Positions 12,171-24,699 of a DNA stretch of 64,000 nt are shown here, one piece after another. The stretch is taken from positions 47,378,125 to 47,442,124 of the forward strand of contig NC_092393.1 of assembly GCF_030028105.1 (NCBI RefSeq), given 5' to 3'. A program made the translations under genes and the position numbers. The stretch comes from Mobula birostris. Taxonomy: Eukaryota. Numbering within the stretch: position 1 is the first letter of the stretch; every line of letters starts with the position of its first letter. The notes beneath the pieces are model-generated. The model worked only from the letters and a program-made list of their open reading frames with translations, did not search any database and was not told where the DNA came from.

Positions 12171-13789
12171 CTGATTGATGCTACCAGTAAAGTACTCTCC
12201 TGGGTTCAAAGCTAACCTCTGGCGCTGATTGTGTGGAGTTTGCATGTTCTCCCTATGACCGTGCCCATGTACACAAATGGAGAACTATGGGATATACAAA
12301 GGAGTGGAGAATCATGGGGAATTGAAAATAATGTGCAAAGGATAGGTCAATGGGAAACTAACGCAAGTGTAGGACTGCTCTGTGAGCTGGCAGGGACAGG
12401 ACGGGCCAAAAACCGTAAGGAAGTGTGAAGTCAAGCCCATTCCAGATACTCTTTGTGACACAATCGAAATATATCACGTCAATCATTATTTTCCATTCAT
12501 GTTGGAAGAAGTCAACTATGACCCAGAAAAGATTGCGCATTTAGAGTTGAACATACATCTATTTTAAAGCCAAGTGCTCCCTCATGTTTTCTTATTTATG
12601 CCTTTATGTTTGGCACCAATTAAATCATTGGAATATGACAAGAGAGTTAAGGAACACAGAAATGGGTGGGAAAACAGAAAGTCCAATGCAACTGTAATGA
12701 TAGAGTAGGGCAAAACACTTTAATTCAAGAGAGGTAAAAAGAGAAGATTGTAAACTTTATTTATAATACTGGGGATTGTAAAGCATTGAAGAATAATGTA
12801 TCAAAGAAGCAACTTCAGGCACTGGCGTTGAAGGTCTATTCTTGCTGATTATTGGAGCCATAATTTTTGAATCCGACCCATGAGTTGGATACGGTGTTCT
12901 ATTACTGTACAAAGGCAGCTGGGTGATTGTGATTTATGATGATTAGGAAGTGTGGCCTTTAAAGTACTCCAGCCCAAGTAAACAACTCACACTTTGGCAA
13001 CCATATCGGGCAAAAGATGTGTTCACTGGGCGGTTTCAAGAGCAGAACATTAAATAACTACTGATTAGAGTGGCTATTGGGATGTAATTTAAATTATTTT
13101 GCTGACTAGAGTTTCAAATTAAATATTGGTCAAGAGAATGCTTCAATAAATACCATGGGGTTAAATTGAAGTCTTGAGCTGAACTCACTCACCTTAACTC
13201 ATTGTGCAAGAGATAGTTATCTCACATTTCTTCTCTGTGCTTGTTGGCATCATATTAGAATTATTCTCTTTATACTAACTTCTGAGTGGTGACAATGTTA
13301 CCCGTCCTGTTTGTTGACTACACACATTGGCAATGTCCACTAAACCATTAATGCCTCAGGTTCTTAAAGGCAGCCTGCTCCAATTAAAGGGAAGGTGCAT
13401 TGTGAGGGCAAGAAGTAGGAAGGATGTTTTTGAAAACCAATCTGATTCGTGATGCATCAAAGAATAACAAAAAATGCATGGTGCATTGGAGAGTTAAATA
13501 TAAGTTGTTGAAAGAAGGGATATTTGTATCCACAGAGGATCACAATTCATGACATAGATGTTGCAATTAAAGTAACTAATAGTGGGTAGAGTGAATACTG
13601 AGTGTTTTGTTACAGAAACATGGATTTAGTGTGAGGTGAATGAGATCAGCTTGAGGTATCACATCTGGATGAGTAGGCCTTATCCTTTGACTCGGGTTCA
13701 ACCTACTCATAACCTTCATCAATCAATATTCATTTCTGCTTCCAGCTTGCTTTATTCCACCCAATACTCTGACAGATCCTGCACCCTTT

Positions 13790-14050
13790 GGGGCAGCACA
13801 GTAGCATGGCGATTAGTGCAATCGCTTTGCACACCAGCTGTAAGATCGGGGTTTGTACGTTCTCCCTGTGATCGCATGGTTTTCCTCTGGGTGCTCCAGC
13901 TTCCTGCCACATTCCAGAGATGTACGGTTAGGGTTAGTGAGTTGTGGGTACTGGAATCTGCCCAGTACAATCCTCGCTGATTTGATTTTACTCCAGTGAC
14001 ACACTTCATTGTATATTTTGATGTTTCAATGTACAGTTGACAAATAAAAC
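13790..14050 (+). mobile_element. V-SINE
   Basis: gggcagcacagtagcatggcgattag head and gggtgctccagcttcctgccacattccagaga V-domain. Confidence 0.75.
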
Positions 14051-17000
14051 TAATATTTATTCTTTTCACACACGGGTACTTAACTGTGACAACTACATAC
14101 AAGTCAATCCTGGGAGACCTGTTCTTTTGTGGAAAGAGCTGGCCCATAACTGGAGGCAAAAAAGATAAACTGAGCTCTCGCCAAAGAGTCAAATTTTTGG
14201 GAAGTCACTGACAGTCACGGTGTCACTATGTTTTCAGATGCTCTCCTGCTACTTGCCAAAAGTCACTTTGTCACTTTATCATTTTGAGTCAGTCACCTAT
14301 CTTCAGATACTTTATGTACATAAATCTGTCTGGTACAGCCATACTCAACAGCTACTTGAACATTGTATGTTATAGGATTGGTTTTATATTTGTATTTATT
14401 GTGTTTTTTAATTCTGCATCAAATTAATTTTGCTCTCTTTTACACCTGTGTACTGAAGAATGGCAATAAACAGTGGTGAATCTTAAATCTTGAATTTGTC
14501 ACCACAGAAGAAGCTAGAAGGTATCTGGAGCCCCAGTACTTCTGCCTTCCACTTTTTATTCACCCCGCAATCTCCTCTTGTTCATGAGTTGGTGTTAGCC
14601 AGCACTGCCTTTTATGCAGTGTGCAGAATCCCAGAGGAAGGCCTACCAGGCTACACATGTCTGAAAGCAACTTAATCCAGTTTGAGCTTTGAAGTGAACA
14701 GGAAAATACTTCAGCGCCAGTCTGACCACTCCCCGTAGATGAGTCAAACTCCAGCCAAGCATTGCTGAAGTCCAAAAACACACGCAGTTGCATCAGCAGC
14801 CAGAACAAAATATTCCAGCAACAAACCTGTGCACAAGATCACATTAAATGGAGTTGGCAGGGAGTTCTTCAGTTTGAATACCCTAGCATTCAGCTGCCCA
14901 GTGTTAAGCAAGGCCATTGGCTGGTTTGCAGGCTCTGCACGCTATGATGAATATCATTGGTCGCTTGCACTGCATGCTGCAGCCAGCTGTTCGCTGACCC
15001 CACACGGGTCCCTTTACTAAAATGGTATCTCACACATTTCCCACTAGAGTTGTCTGCACCTAGTGCAGATCCAGTTTGGATAGACAGCTACATGAGGCCC
15101 AATAGTACTTAAATCCTTCTGACTGTAAATCACACGAGTCTGATTTTTGTTCCAGAGCACCTGCGATGGTCTGATTTGCAAAGTACACTTTGAAAGTAAT
15201 TTGCACAAGGGAATAACAATAAAAATTACGGCACTATAAATTAATTATTCATGATGGATGAGAATTCAGATGTTATCAGCAATCTCTGATTAGGAGATTT
15301 GCTATTTCTTCAGATTTTTTGCAATTGCCTGGATCATTAGTGATTTCTTATCAATGCAAACCAAAAATCTGTTTGTAACTTGTAATCTGGGTAGCATAGC
15401 AATGTTCTGCATGTTAGCAGAACTGACAAGCTATTACATTGTTCACTTGTAATGCATAATGACGGCCATTAAAACTGTCAGAGTCCATTTCAGAGATTAT
15501 TAAACAACATAGGGATTAATTTCCCTCTGGTAACATATCTTTGTGAAAAATTCTTTTGTGTGCTATGTTAGCCTTGGATACGTGAACCACTGCCAGCATC
15601 CTCTTCCAAGCCAACACCCCCAGCACTGGCTGTGAGCTCAGTCAACATCCCAGGTGGGTGAACCACAATTGCCTGTATGCCTGACACTGGACTCCCAAAA
15701 CAAGCTCAGTCAGCACAAGAGAAGTTTCACAAGAGAAATTTCTTGGGCAGTGAAAACTTTTCAGGGACATTGTCAGAACCACTGTGAAAAGAAAACTTCC
15801 TCGCAATTTATTAGAGCCCCTGACCCAACATATACTTACAATATTCGGGCTGGTGAAGGATTAAACCAGCACGCAAATGGTGGTCAGGTAGTAGTGTCAG
15901 ACGGCTGGGTTTTGGTGAGGGTCGCATACCCTTATGAAGGTGTGGCCTTTAGAAATAAGATTGCACGCTACAATAGCACATTCAGTGCAAAGTTGATTAT
16001 TGTGTGTCAGGGAAGATTTTTAGGAGGAAAAGTGCAAAAATATTTGCAGTGCAAAACAAAATGGTAAAATAGCAAAAAATGACAAAAACAGAAAATGCAG
16101 ATGTATACCATCAGACTGTTAGGACTACAGTTCCAAAACATCATTCTGAAGCAATACACTTCACTTTACCACATCCCCTCTCCCTTCCCCATTGACATCA
16201 AAATAAACCTTTAAGTAAGGATCTTCTTACTCGAGGAGAAAAGGGAGAAAAGGTGGGGGGGGGTGCGGGGTTACCATGAACCTGAACAATTACACAAAAC
16301 CAAAAGACGGGATTTCACATCTTTCACAATCGCAAATGTCCCCAGATAGTTTCTTCACAATAAGGTTACAATGGTTAACAACTAACCATTTTCCAGGGGC
16401 CTTCACTTTTTCCCATTCCCCCAGAATGAACTCTTCTTGTGAGCCCACACCTAGCATGTGCCACCACAAATAGACGCCTTTGTTAAGACACCTCACCCAT
16501 CAGTCAGGTCTCGAAACTGGAAGCAGCAACAAACAGGACATGTTAAAGAATGCCACTGTCCTGGAGTGTGCAATTACAAACAGGAGTGCCCGTGCTGTGC
16601 GTTATCCTGGCGTGTGCACCCTCTAGGCATAACGTCAGCACTGCCAGGCAGGGATTGTGAAAATTGCGGGACTACTAGGGTGGAAAGAAATTACTTGTGG
16701 CAGACCTGCCTGGTCATGAGTAGATTAAGACTAGAAACAGTAAAACATCAGGATACTGCGATGTTTCAACATATCAGTTGAAAGATGACATCTTTTGAAA
16801 ACCTCACTGGTAAGTAATGTCAGTTCAAAACCCAACAGAATCATGCCCTTTAAACTTCAGATTCTTGATCAAATACATAAGGTGTGGATAGTTAATCGTT
16901 AGCCCAAGGTCTTTTCACCGAAGGTATGAAAACATGATAATTTCCTTATCTCACTGATAAACCCTTTTCTCAGTGCCCCAAAGCAGTTTCAGCTATTCTC

Positions 17001-17824
17001 AATATCAGTATGTGTTCTACTCAATACAATATTCATGAACTGATTCTAATGCACTTCAAGCAAATTTATGTGTGGTGAATCAGAACTCCGGAGTCTGGTC
17101 GGGAAATGGTCTTTAGTGACTCAGCTTTGATGATGTATCTATTTCCTCCTTGGGATAGAGGCAATGTTTCTCAGCAATTAAATTCAAATGTTGCTCCCAG
17201 TTGAGTTTATCTAGTCAGTGGCCGGGCCACTGCATGGAGACCTGGAGCAGAACAGTACAGTAACAGGCCCTTCAGTCCAACTAGTCTGAGCTGAATTGTT
17301 ATTCTGCACAGTTCTGTTGGCTTGCACCTGGACCATTGCCCTCCATACCCTTCTCATCAGGAAATTCCTATATTCAGTCTCAGGTTTGCTCCAATCCCAA
17401 TGGCTATCCCAATCCCTGGGCACTGCCTTGGCAGAACACTCTAGGAGAACTGAAGCATTCTCACTGATTCCTTCAGAGCAACATTACACCAGCACTGAGG
17501 TTCTCATTACACTGACCTATCTCAATCTGCTCATCATCCCCCTCCCTAATTGGTTTCATCTATCACTTTGTCACACCCCTCTCTTTCACCTCTTTATATT
17601 GACTGTCTTGCAGATAAAGAAGTGAGAGATCACACAGCCATCCAGAATCTTACAGACTCTCTGCACTGTGAGTCCTGATGCAGAGTCTCAATCTGACCCT
17701 CTGTCTCCACAGATGCTGTTGGACATCACTGAGGTCATCCAGCAGTTTGTTCTTCACTGGGATTATGCACAACCAGTAAGTGCAACACTTCATTCACATA
17801 CTCTCTACTCCCAGCTCTGTCAAG

Positions 17825-18055
17825 AATACAAGATCAGGATTAGGCCACAGGCTCTTCAGTCCATTCAGCATGATCAGGGCTAATCAATGTTGGCCTCTAT
17901 TCTTCTGTTCCAGTTCACAGTAACCCTAAATTCCTCAGTCTTTTAAAATTATTTATTTATCACCACCTTAAATATTTCGAGTCACCTGGGGCAAAGAAAT
18001 CCGGAGATTCACCACACTCTTGGGAAGAACTTTCCATGCATCTCAGTTTTAAATT
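17825..18055 (-). mobile_element. CR1 3' end fragment
   Basis: ggagattcaccacactcttgggaagaac...catctcagttttaaa, the reverse of the RxFFxQRVVNLWN region. Confidence 0.7.
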
Positions 18056-18059
18056 ACAC

Positions 18060-18390
18060 AGCTGATCACAACCAGAGACTTCCAGGAAGACAGAGAAGGT
18101 GCATCAAGGACATCATGCAAGCCCATGTGAGAATATAACATCCTCACTAACTTGGGGGAACACTCTCTCAAGTTCACTCAGCCATCCAAAAACTCAGAGC
18201 ACTTTGAGCTCCTATATCAATAGCATTGCAAACAACAGGAGTGCGTAACAATCTGAACAATGCATCTGTCTAACCTGCAAATCTCCAGCTGCCCTTTCTG
18301 TGACTCTCTCTGGACATCCTGTATGGAGTTCGTTCATCCTTTGGAACCTAATGTCAAATCAAATCATTCTTGATCCCGAGGGACTTCACA
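18060..18390 (+). mobile_element. Old RTE LINE 3' fragment
   Basis: ccaggaagacagagaaggtgcatcaaggacatc (GRQRRxxKD motif) and caaatcattcttgatcccgagggact terminus. Confidence 0.5.
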
Positions 18391-18730
18391 CAGGGGTACA
18401 AAACTATTGAAAAGCATGGATGGGGGTGAGTGCTCATGGTCCTTTTCTCATGGAAAGGGAATCAAGGATCAGAAGGCATAGGTTTAAGGTGAGAGGGGCA
18501 AGATTTGAAAAGGACCTGAGAGGCAAACTCTTCACATATGGAATGTGCTGCCTGAAAAATTAATCGAGCCAGGTCCAATAGCAAGAATATAGGATAGGTG
18601 CAGTATATGGATGGGAAAGGCAGAGAGGGATATGGGCCAAATGCAGACAAAACAGGACTGCCTTAGTTGAGCACCTTGGGTGGCATGGACAGTTGGGCCA
18701 AAGGGCTTTTTTCAGCTGTACCACTCTATG
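18390..18730 (+). mobile_element. CR1 3' end fragment
   Basis: ggcataggtttaaggtgagaggggcaagatttgaaaaggacctgagaggcaa (HRFKVRGARFxxDLRG) and 3' UTR ttgggccaaagggc. Confidence 0.85.
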
Positions 18731-20135
18731 ATTGATCATGCTCAAGAACTGGATTCCTTGGCAAGAGTGGCAAGGATGAGAAAGAAGATGGCTGCTATCT
18801 AACTCCTGGAACAAAGCGGTATTGGTAATCCTTCACTCTGTGGGACTCAGATAAGTACTTTTACTTCTTCTGGTCCCAGTAAAAAAGAAAACCAGAGTGA
18901 CAGACAAAAATAAGGAGCAGCTGTTAGCTCTAAGATAAGGAGAAATATATTCACTCCAAGGATAATGACTCTCTTCCAGAAAAGACCTTGTAGATTCATT
19001 CACATTCTTTCAAAACAAAGATCAATAGTTTTCTGTATCTTAAGGGACATAGGGCTTATACAAAAATGTTAAGGACAACTATTATTTTAATGAGTGATGG
19101 AAGAGGCTCAAAGGTTGGATGGACATCTTCTGATCCTAGTTCTTATATTCTTTCCTGAACCACTTAAGTCCCTGGTAAAATCTGATAAAGTAAGCTGGAA
19201 ACAAATACTAGCAGAGATGTACAGTGTTTGCCTAATTTAGGACTCAAGTGTGAAGTAAGATCACCAGGCAATATTCAGAAATACAATGAGCATGTTCATT
19301 CTGAGGTCTGATTGGTTTGGGGTCAAGGTGTTGCTCCCACATATGGTCAAGCTTGAGTTGCATAGAACAAAAACATAGAACATTACTCCACAGTAGAGGT
19401 CTTTCAGCTCATGATGATGTGCCATCCTTTTAACCTATTCTCAGATCAATCTAGGCCTTCATTGAACATAACCCTCCTTTTTAATTGAAGCAGGAATTAA
19501 TAATTAATATTGGAAGTAGCAATGCAATCAGGAGTTGTATTTACTCAGGCGTACTAGGACATAAAGCAGCCACTTTTCACAGTAACATGCTTCCCTGAAA
19601 TAATACAAGTCATGACTCAGTTGTTATACTGATACATTGAAGCAATAAACTGACCTTAAAACTGAAATCGCATATCAGCTGAGAAATTTAACTCTGATGT
19701 ACCTAGGACTTCGTTTGGCATATAGTATGCATGCCTAAAGAAATACTGTAGGATGAAATATCACTAACAGGCAGCATATTATTGAGGAGGAAGAGGAGAC
19801 ATAATTGGATCCTTGATTGAAACTGCTAGTCGTGGTGCAGGACAGAAAGAAATGTCACACAGGAAATCCTACTGATTAGTACAACAGAGGAAAAACTTTG
19901 TAGAAGATAGGTGCACTCAAGAATGTCAGAAGTGTTTGTATGGGTGACAGATGCATTCAATATCAAAATCAGAAATGGAATCAGAATTGCTTTATTGCCA
20001 GTATGTGAAACATACCAGAATTTATTGTTGTTCAGGGCCAAGCATAAAGCACAGGACAATTCCATAACAAACAATACTATAGCAACAAACAAATTACAAG
20101 ACAATAACGTTAGGAGCCACTTTATTGAGAGCTAG

Positions 20136-20535
20136 TGTCATGGATTCCGCTGTGGAGTCTGGGTTCCCAAGCAGACAAGCAGCTGATGGAGGTCAGCAAC
20201 CATGCTCATGAATATGCGCATTACAGACCATTAATGTTTCATTGTGGTTGCATTTAACTACCTTTCTTTTATTTCACTTTTGTTGAGTCTTAACTAAAGC
20301 AACGGTAATGCTCGCTGCTTACCTTAGCCCTTACTGTGGGAAAGAAGACTACAGTTTACATTGATGCTGTTAAAGGAGCGGAATTTATTTAGTATTAAGT
20401 TACTTCTTCTGAACCGCAGTGTCAGTGTTAACTTTCAGTTTGAGAGTTTTAGTTAGTGGCCCTGTTGGGGTAGCATTTATTATTTTTATTTTGTTCTGCA
20501 CAGTTCTCATTAATATTCAGTGAACTGCTCAATCA
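20136..20535 (+). repeat. 5' LTR of the Gypsy element
   Basis: Starts TG; colinear with 24363-24695 (about 68% identity over the first ~80 nt by manual alignment). 3' boundary uncertain, followed by a (CT)n tract. Confidence 0.8.
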
Positions 20536-20537
20536 CT

Positions 20538-20568
<31 letters not shown>

Positions 20569-21994
20569 TTCTCTCTGTCTCTCTGCAAGACTCAACCACC
20601 AAGATGGACCCAGTGGAGAGAGAACAGCTGGCCATGGCCCTAACATTCATTGGTCAGGTAGGAGAAACGTTAAAGTCACTGGAGGCTGCGTTGGCAAGGT
20701 GGCTCACATGGTGCGGTAGCTACTCGCAGAACGACAAGCCCAGTCCAAACCGAAATTCGTGGAGAAGTTAAAGTCAGTAGAGACTGGATTGGCAGAAGCA
20801 TCCTACACTATGAGGCAAGCCCAGACTAAGTTGGAAGAACAAGTCTCAACTCTTGCAGCAACAGTTCAGCAAAGCACCACAGACAGCCAGAATCAGGTCA
20901 CAGCTATTACTGCTCTCACTGTCATGGTTCAGCAGCTCACTACCGACAGCCAGAATTAGGTGGCAGCTACTCCTGCCTTCACCTCTGCAATTCAGTAGTC
21001 TCCAGGCAGGGCAGTCCCACTCCCAGCATCTCCCACATTCTCCTCTTTAACAGTCATATCAGCTTCAGCCATTAAAGCCTCAATTCCCATGTCAGCGTCC
21101 AGACCAGAACTGAGTATTCCTCCACCAGCCAGACAGTCCAGTGATCGTGACGGCTACAGAAATCTATTTCCCAGTGTGAGCTGATTTTCTAAGCCGTGCC
21201 AGATCAGTTTGGTGATGATCCGTGTAAGCTGGTCTATATGGTGCCTAACTTAGACGAAATGGACCCTCACAGCCTGTTTGATGCTCTATGAGAATAAGCT
21301 TCCCTTGAACCCCAGTCTTTCTGGCAATTTGCAGCTGACTTCAAGAGAGTATTTGATTTTCCAGTATGGGGTCAGGAGGCTGCCCATCAACTCCTGGACT
21401 TGCGCCAAGGGAAAGAGATGGTGAGAGACTATGCAGTAAAGTTCATGGCATTTGCAAACATTTTTTGCCGTTTCATTAGAAACATCAGTTCCATCACAGC
21501 GCCCATGGCCCTCAGCAGGCAGATCTTTGTAGGATTGCTTTGGACGAGTGAAGCAGACCAAACGTTCTCAGAGCTAAAGTGATGCTTCACCCCTGCTGCA
21601 ACACCCAGACTGATTCCGAGCCTTCGTTGTTGAGATTGTTGCATCAGGTGTCAGCATTGCAGCTGTACTCTCTCAGCACTCTTTTTCAGATAACCGGCTG
21701 TACCTTGTTGTTTTCTTTCTGTAGATTGTAACCACAATGTCAGGGACTGAGAACTTCAGGCTGTTGAGGAGGCCCTGGAAGCATGGTGAAACTGGCTGGA
21801 GGAGGCACAGCACCCCTTTCTGGTATGGATGGATCCCAAGAACCTCCTTCAACCTTTGGGGTGCAAAGTGACTCAACTCCTGTTAAACCCATTGGGCTCT
21901 CTTCTTCACCTGGTTTAATTTCACCCTCACCTACTGTCCTGGCAGCAAGAATACCAAGGGTGCCAGTTTGACATCTCTGAGGACAAAGCCGATA

Positions 21995-22990
21995 AGGCTT
22001 TCTTACTGCAAAGATGGCGCTGGCAAGACATGGTGATGCTTTGCAGGCAACAAACAAAACTACTAATAGTTCTAAAGAGGAAGCCTTTTAGGACTGAGAT
22101 GAGGAAAAACTTCTTCGCACAGAGAGTGGTGAATCTGTGGAATTCTCTGCCACAGGAAACAGTTGAGGCCAGTTCATTGGCGATATTTAAGAGGGAGTTA
22201 GATATGGCCCTTGTGACTAAAGGGATCAGGGGGTACGGAGAGAAAGCAGGTGCAGGGTTCTGAGTTGAATGATCAGCCATGATCATACTGAACGGCGGTG
22301 CAGGCTCGAAGGGCCAAATGGCCTACTCCTGCACCTATTTCCTATGTTTCTATGTTTCTACCAAATGTATTTTATCGGGACTATGATCACTGCAGTCTGC
22401 AGCCTGTAATTTACTATGGGAAGAAGAGTTTTTGAATCATCTGTTCGACATGGCATTTTTGTGATATCGTGAAATATTCGGCAAACTGGCCCCTTGAGAA
22501 CGCAGGTGCTGCTGCAGTGGCCTATTGCTGGAGCAGGCTTGAGGCTGGACTGAAGCTGCGGGGCCCAGGTCCTGAGAGCAGAAAATGGAGTGATATTTGG
22601 ACGATTTAAACGTGAACCAGATTAAAAAGATTAAGGCGTCAAGGCTGCGTGTGAAGGATGAACCCCTAGAGTTCAGCTTTACTCACCACAAAGCACTGAA
22701 CCTGGCTCTGCAGCTGTGGTTTGCAGCCATTGGCCTGCCAGACGAGCTGTAGCACAGAACTGGCAATGTGGCTGTACACTTCCTTTCAGGGACACTGAGG
22801 ATCGTCGTCTGTGCTTCTTAAAAAATTTTGTACAATTTGTTCCTTCTTTTTCACACGTTCTATGTATGACTGTCTTTGTGGTGTGAGGTTTTTCGTGAAG
22901 TTTATTGTTTTGGGGCTGCCTGCAAGAAGATGAGTCTCAAGGTTGTATATTGTATACTTACTTTGATAATAAATGTACTTTCAATTTTGA
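21995..22990 (+). mobile_element. Non-coding non-autonomous retroposon (5' aagatggcg, Rex-type 3' tail) inserted in the Gypsy pol
   Basis: 5' aagatggcgctgg at 22011; 3' gtctcaaggttgtatattg...tttgataataaatgtactttcaattttgaa; related to 28381-29490 and 58755-60198. Confidence 0.7.
22072..22360 (+). mobile_element. Young 5'-truncated CR1 (HER1-like) 3' end
   Basis: FRTEMRKNFFAQRVVNLWNSLPQETVEA, intact 3' UTR hairpin region and (tatgtttc)n tail. Confidence 0.95.
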
Positions 22991-24362
22991 ATGCCAACCT
23001 GGAGCCCATCCTTCCTCACTTGTGCATTGTTCTCTGGTGATTTGGGGAAAAGAGGCAGAGGGGAAGGCTGCCCAATGGTCTGATCCAGGCCCAGGTAGGG
23101 TACCTCCCAACTAGCTGTTTGTCCCCAGCACTGTATGCCTCAGAATGTTGGAGTGGGGGGAGGGTCACTCTTCTCATCTGATTGGACATCCGGACAATTT
23201 TCATGGCCACCTATGTCCCAGGATGTTCACGACTTCATCTCTGCCCGTCCTGCTTGTGCCAAGAACAAAACTTGTGACAGAGCCCTGCTGCTCTGCTTTG
23301 CCTACTGCCTGTGCATCACCACCCCTAGTCCCACCTCTTGATGGATTTTATCACTGGTCTGTCTCATTCCTCCAGTGCTAGCTCCTGAGACTACCACCTT
23401 CATGCTTCAGTATGTGTTCAGGCTGAACGGCTTCCTTCAGGACGTAACCCAGATCAGGAACCACGGTTCATGTCCCATTTTCGGAAGGCTTTCTGTTCTC
23501 TTTTGGGAACCACAGCCAGCATCTCATCAGGTTTCCACCCCCAATCTAATGGCCAGACTGAGCATGAGTCATGAGCTGGAGAAAATCCTGTTCTGCTTTG
23601 TACCTTCCAACCCCACAACCTGGAGCTCCCAACTTGTTTGAGCAGAGATGCCCACAATAACTTCCAGTCACCCTCTACTGGCATGTCTCCCTTTGAATGC
23701 CAAAAGGGTTTGCAGTAAACAGCCTTCCCCATCCAAAAGTTTAATATGGGAGTTCTTGGTCCAGTGCTACAACCACACGTGGAGATTGCCAGGGCTTCTC
23801 TATTGCACACTCAGAAACATTATGCTCCACTGACAGGTGAGGCCTCTCAAGCCAGGGGAAATAATCTGACTGGTGTCTTGAGAACTTCCTTTGAAAGTGG
23901 AGAGCTCTGACATGATGTCTTGTTCTGAGATACAAGGTACAATGCACTACAGTTGTCACCAGCTCCTGAGTTACTCTTTCAGCTACGGAGGGGCATTTGT
24001 AGTGGAGACAGCTATTAAAAAGGTCCAGTGTAAATTATGCCTAACGTCATCAACGAAGATTCACCAGTGTTCCATGTTTCCCAACTCAAGCCGGTGACTT
24101 CCTCTGCCCTTACTCCAGTCCCCCCTCCCCCTCCTCCTCGCTTGGCATTTGGGTTCTGGTCTGTTCTGTGTGGTGCCTCCTGGCATCTCACCAGATGTGG
24201 GGCAGGGTCCAATATATCCTGGATTGGGCGGGGTTTGACCCTGAAGAACATTCTTGTGTTCTGGTTTATAAAAAACTGGACAAGTTTCTCATCCAGGACT
24301 TCCAGAAGGCACAGGTCTCGGACTCCTCAGGGGCTGCACCTGGGGGGGGGGAGCCATATCAT

Positions 24363-24695
24363 AGTCACAGATTCGGCCACGGATTCTGAGCACTCTTGTA
24401 GGCAGGCATTTGAACGGGGTCACAATCACGCTCTTGAATATGCATGTTCCAGCCAACTAGTGTTTCCTCGTGGTTGTATTTAATTAACTTTCTTCCTTTC
24501 ATTTCAATCTTATTGAGTCTTGACAAAAGCACAGCAATGGCAGTGCTCCCTGCTTACCTTTGTCCTGTAAAGACCTTTGACTGTAAAGAAGTGGAATTTA
24601 TCTAGTATCAAATTCTTCCCTTCAGTTTGAGAATTTTAATTAGCTGCCCTTTAGAGTAGTGCTTACTATTTTCCATTTGTACTGCACTGATTTTA
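24363..24695 (+). repeat. 3' LTR of the Gypsy element, truncated by a CR1 insertion
   Basis: Follows the PPT; shares gctc(a/t)tgaatatgc, tgagtctt, ctgcttacctt, ggaattta and ttcagtttgaga with the 5' LTR. Confidence 0.8.
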
Positions 24696-24699
24696 AGAA

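Larger units (their letters stand above)
20136..24695 (+). mobile_element. Degenerate, internally deleted Ty3/Gypsy chromovirus (sushi-like) LTR retrotransposon with nested insertions
   Basis: 5' LTR from tgtca 20136. Gag from ATG 20604 (MDPVERE...; LRQGKEMVRDYAVKF). RT connection/RNase H remnant FANIFCRFIRNISSITAP. Integrase FSWPPMSQDVHDFISARPACA and PVFHVSQLKP. Chromodomain QYILDWAGFDPEEHS. G-rich PPT 24342-24353. 3' LTR from about 24363. Confidence 0.92.

Noticed and set aside
12382-12567. Protein-like 61-aa ORF in unique DNA
   Set aside because: Starts within a SINE tail, has a non-ATG start and no recognisable homology.
16786-16815. ATG-started mini-exon MTSFENLT ending at a strong donor CTG|gtaagt, phase-compatible with an acceptor at about 26704
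   Set aside because: The joined peptide is short, stops quickly and resembles nothing I recognise; such sites occur by chance. RNA-seq would be needed.
20604-20959. Possible domesticated gag (PEG10/RTL-like) gene
   Set aside because: Frameshift near 20700-20770, in-frame stop at 20957, and decayed LTR context indicate a dead retrotransposon.
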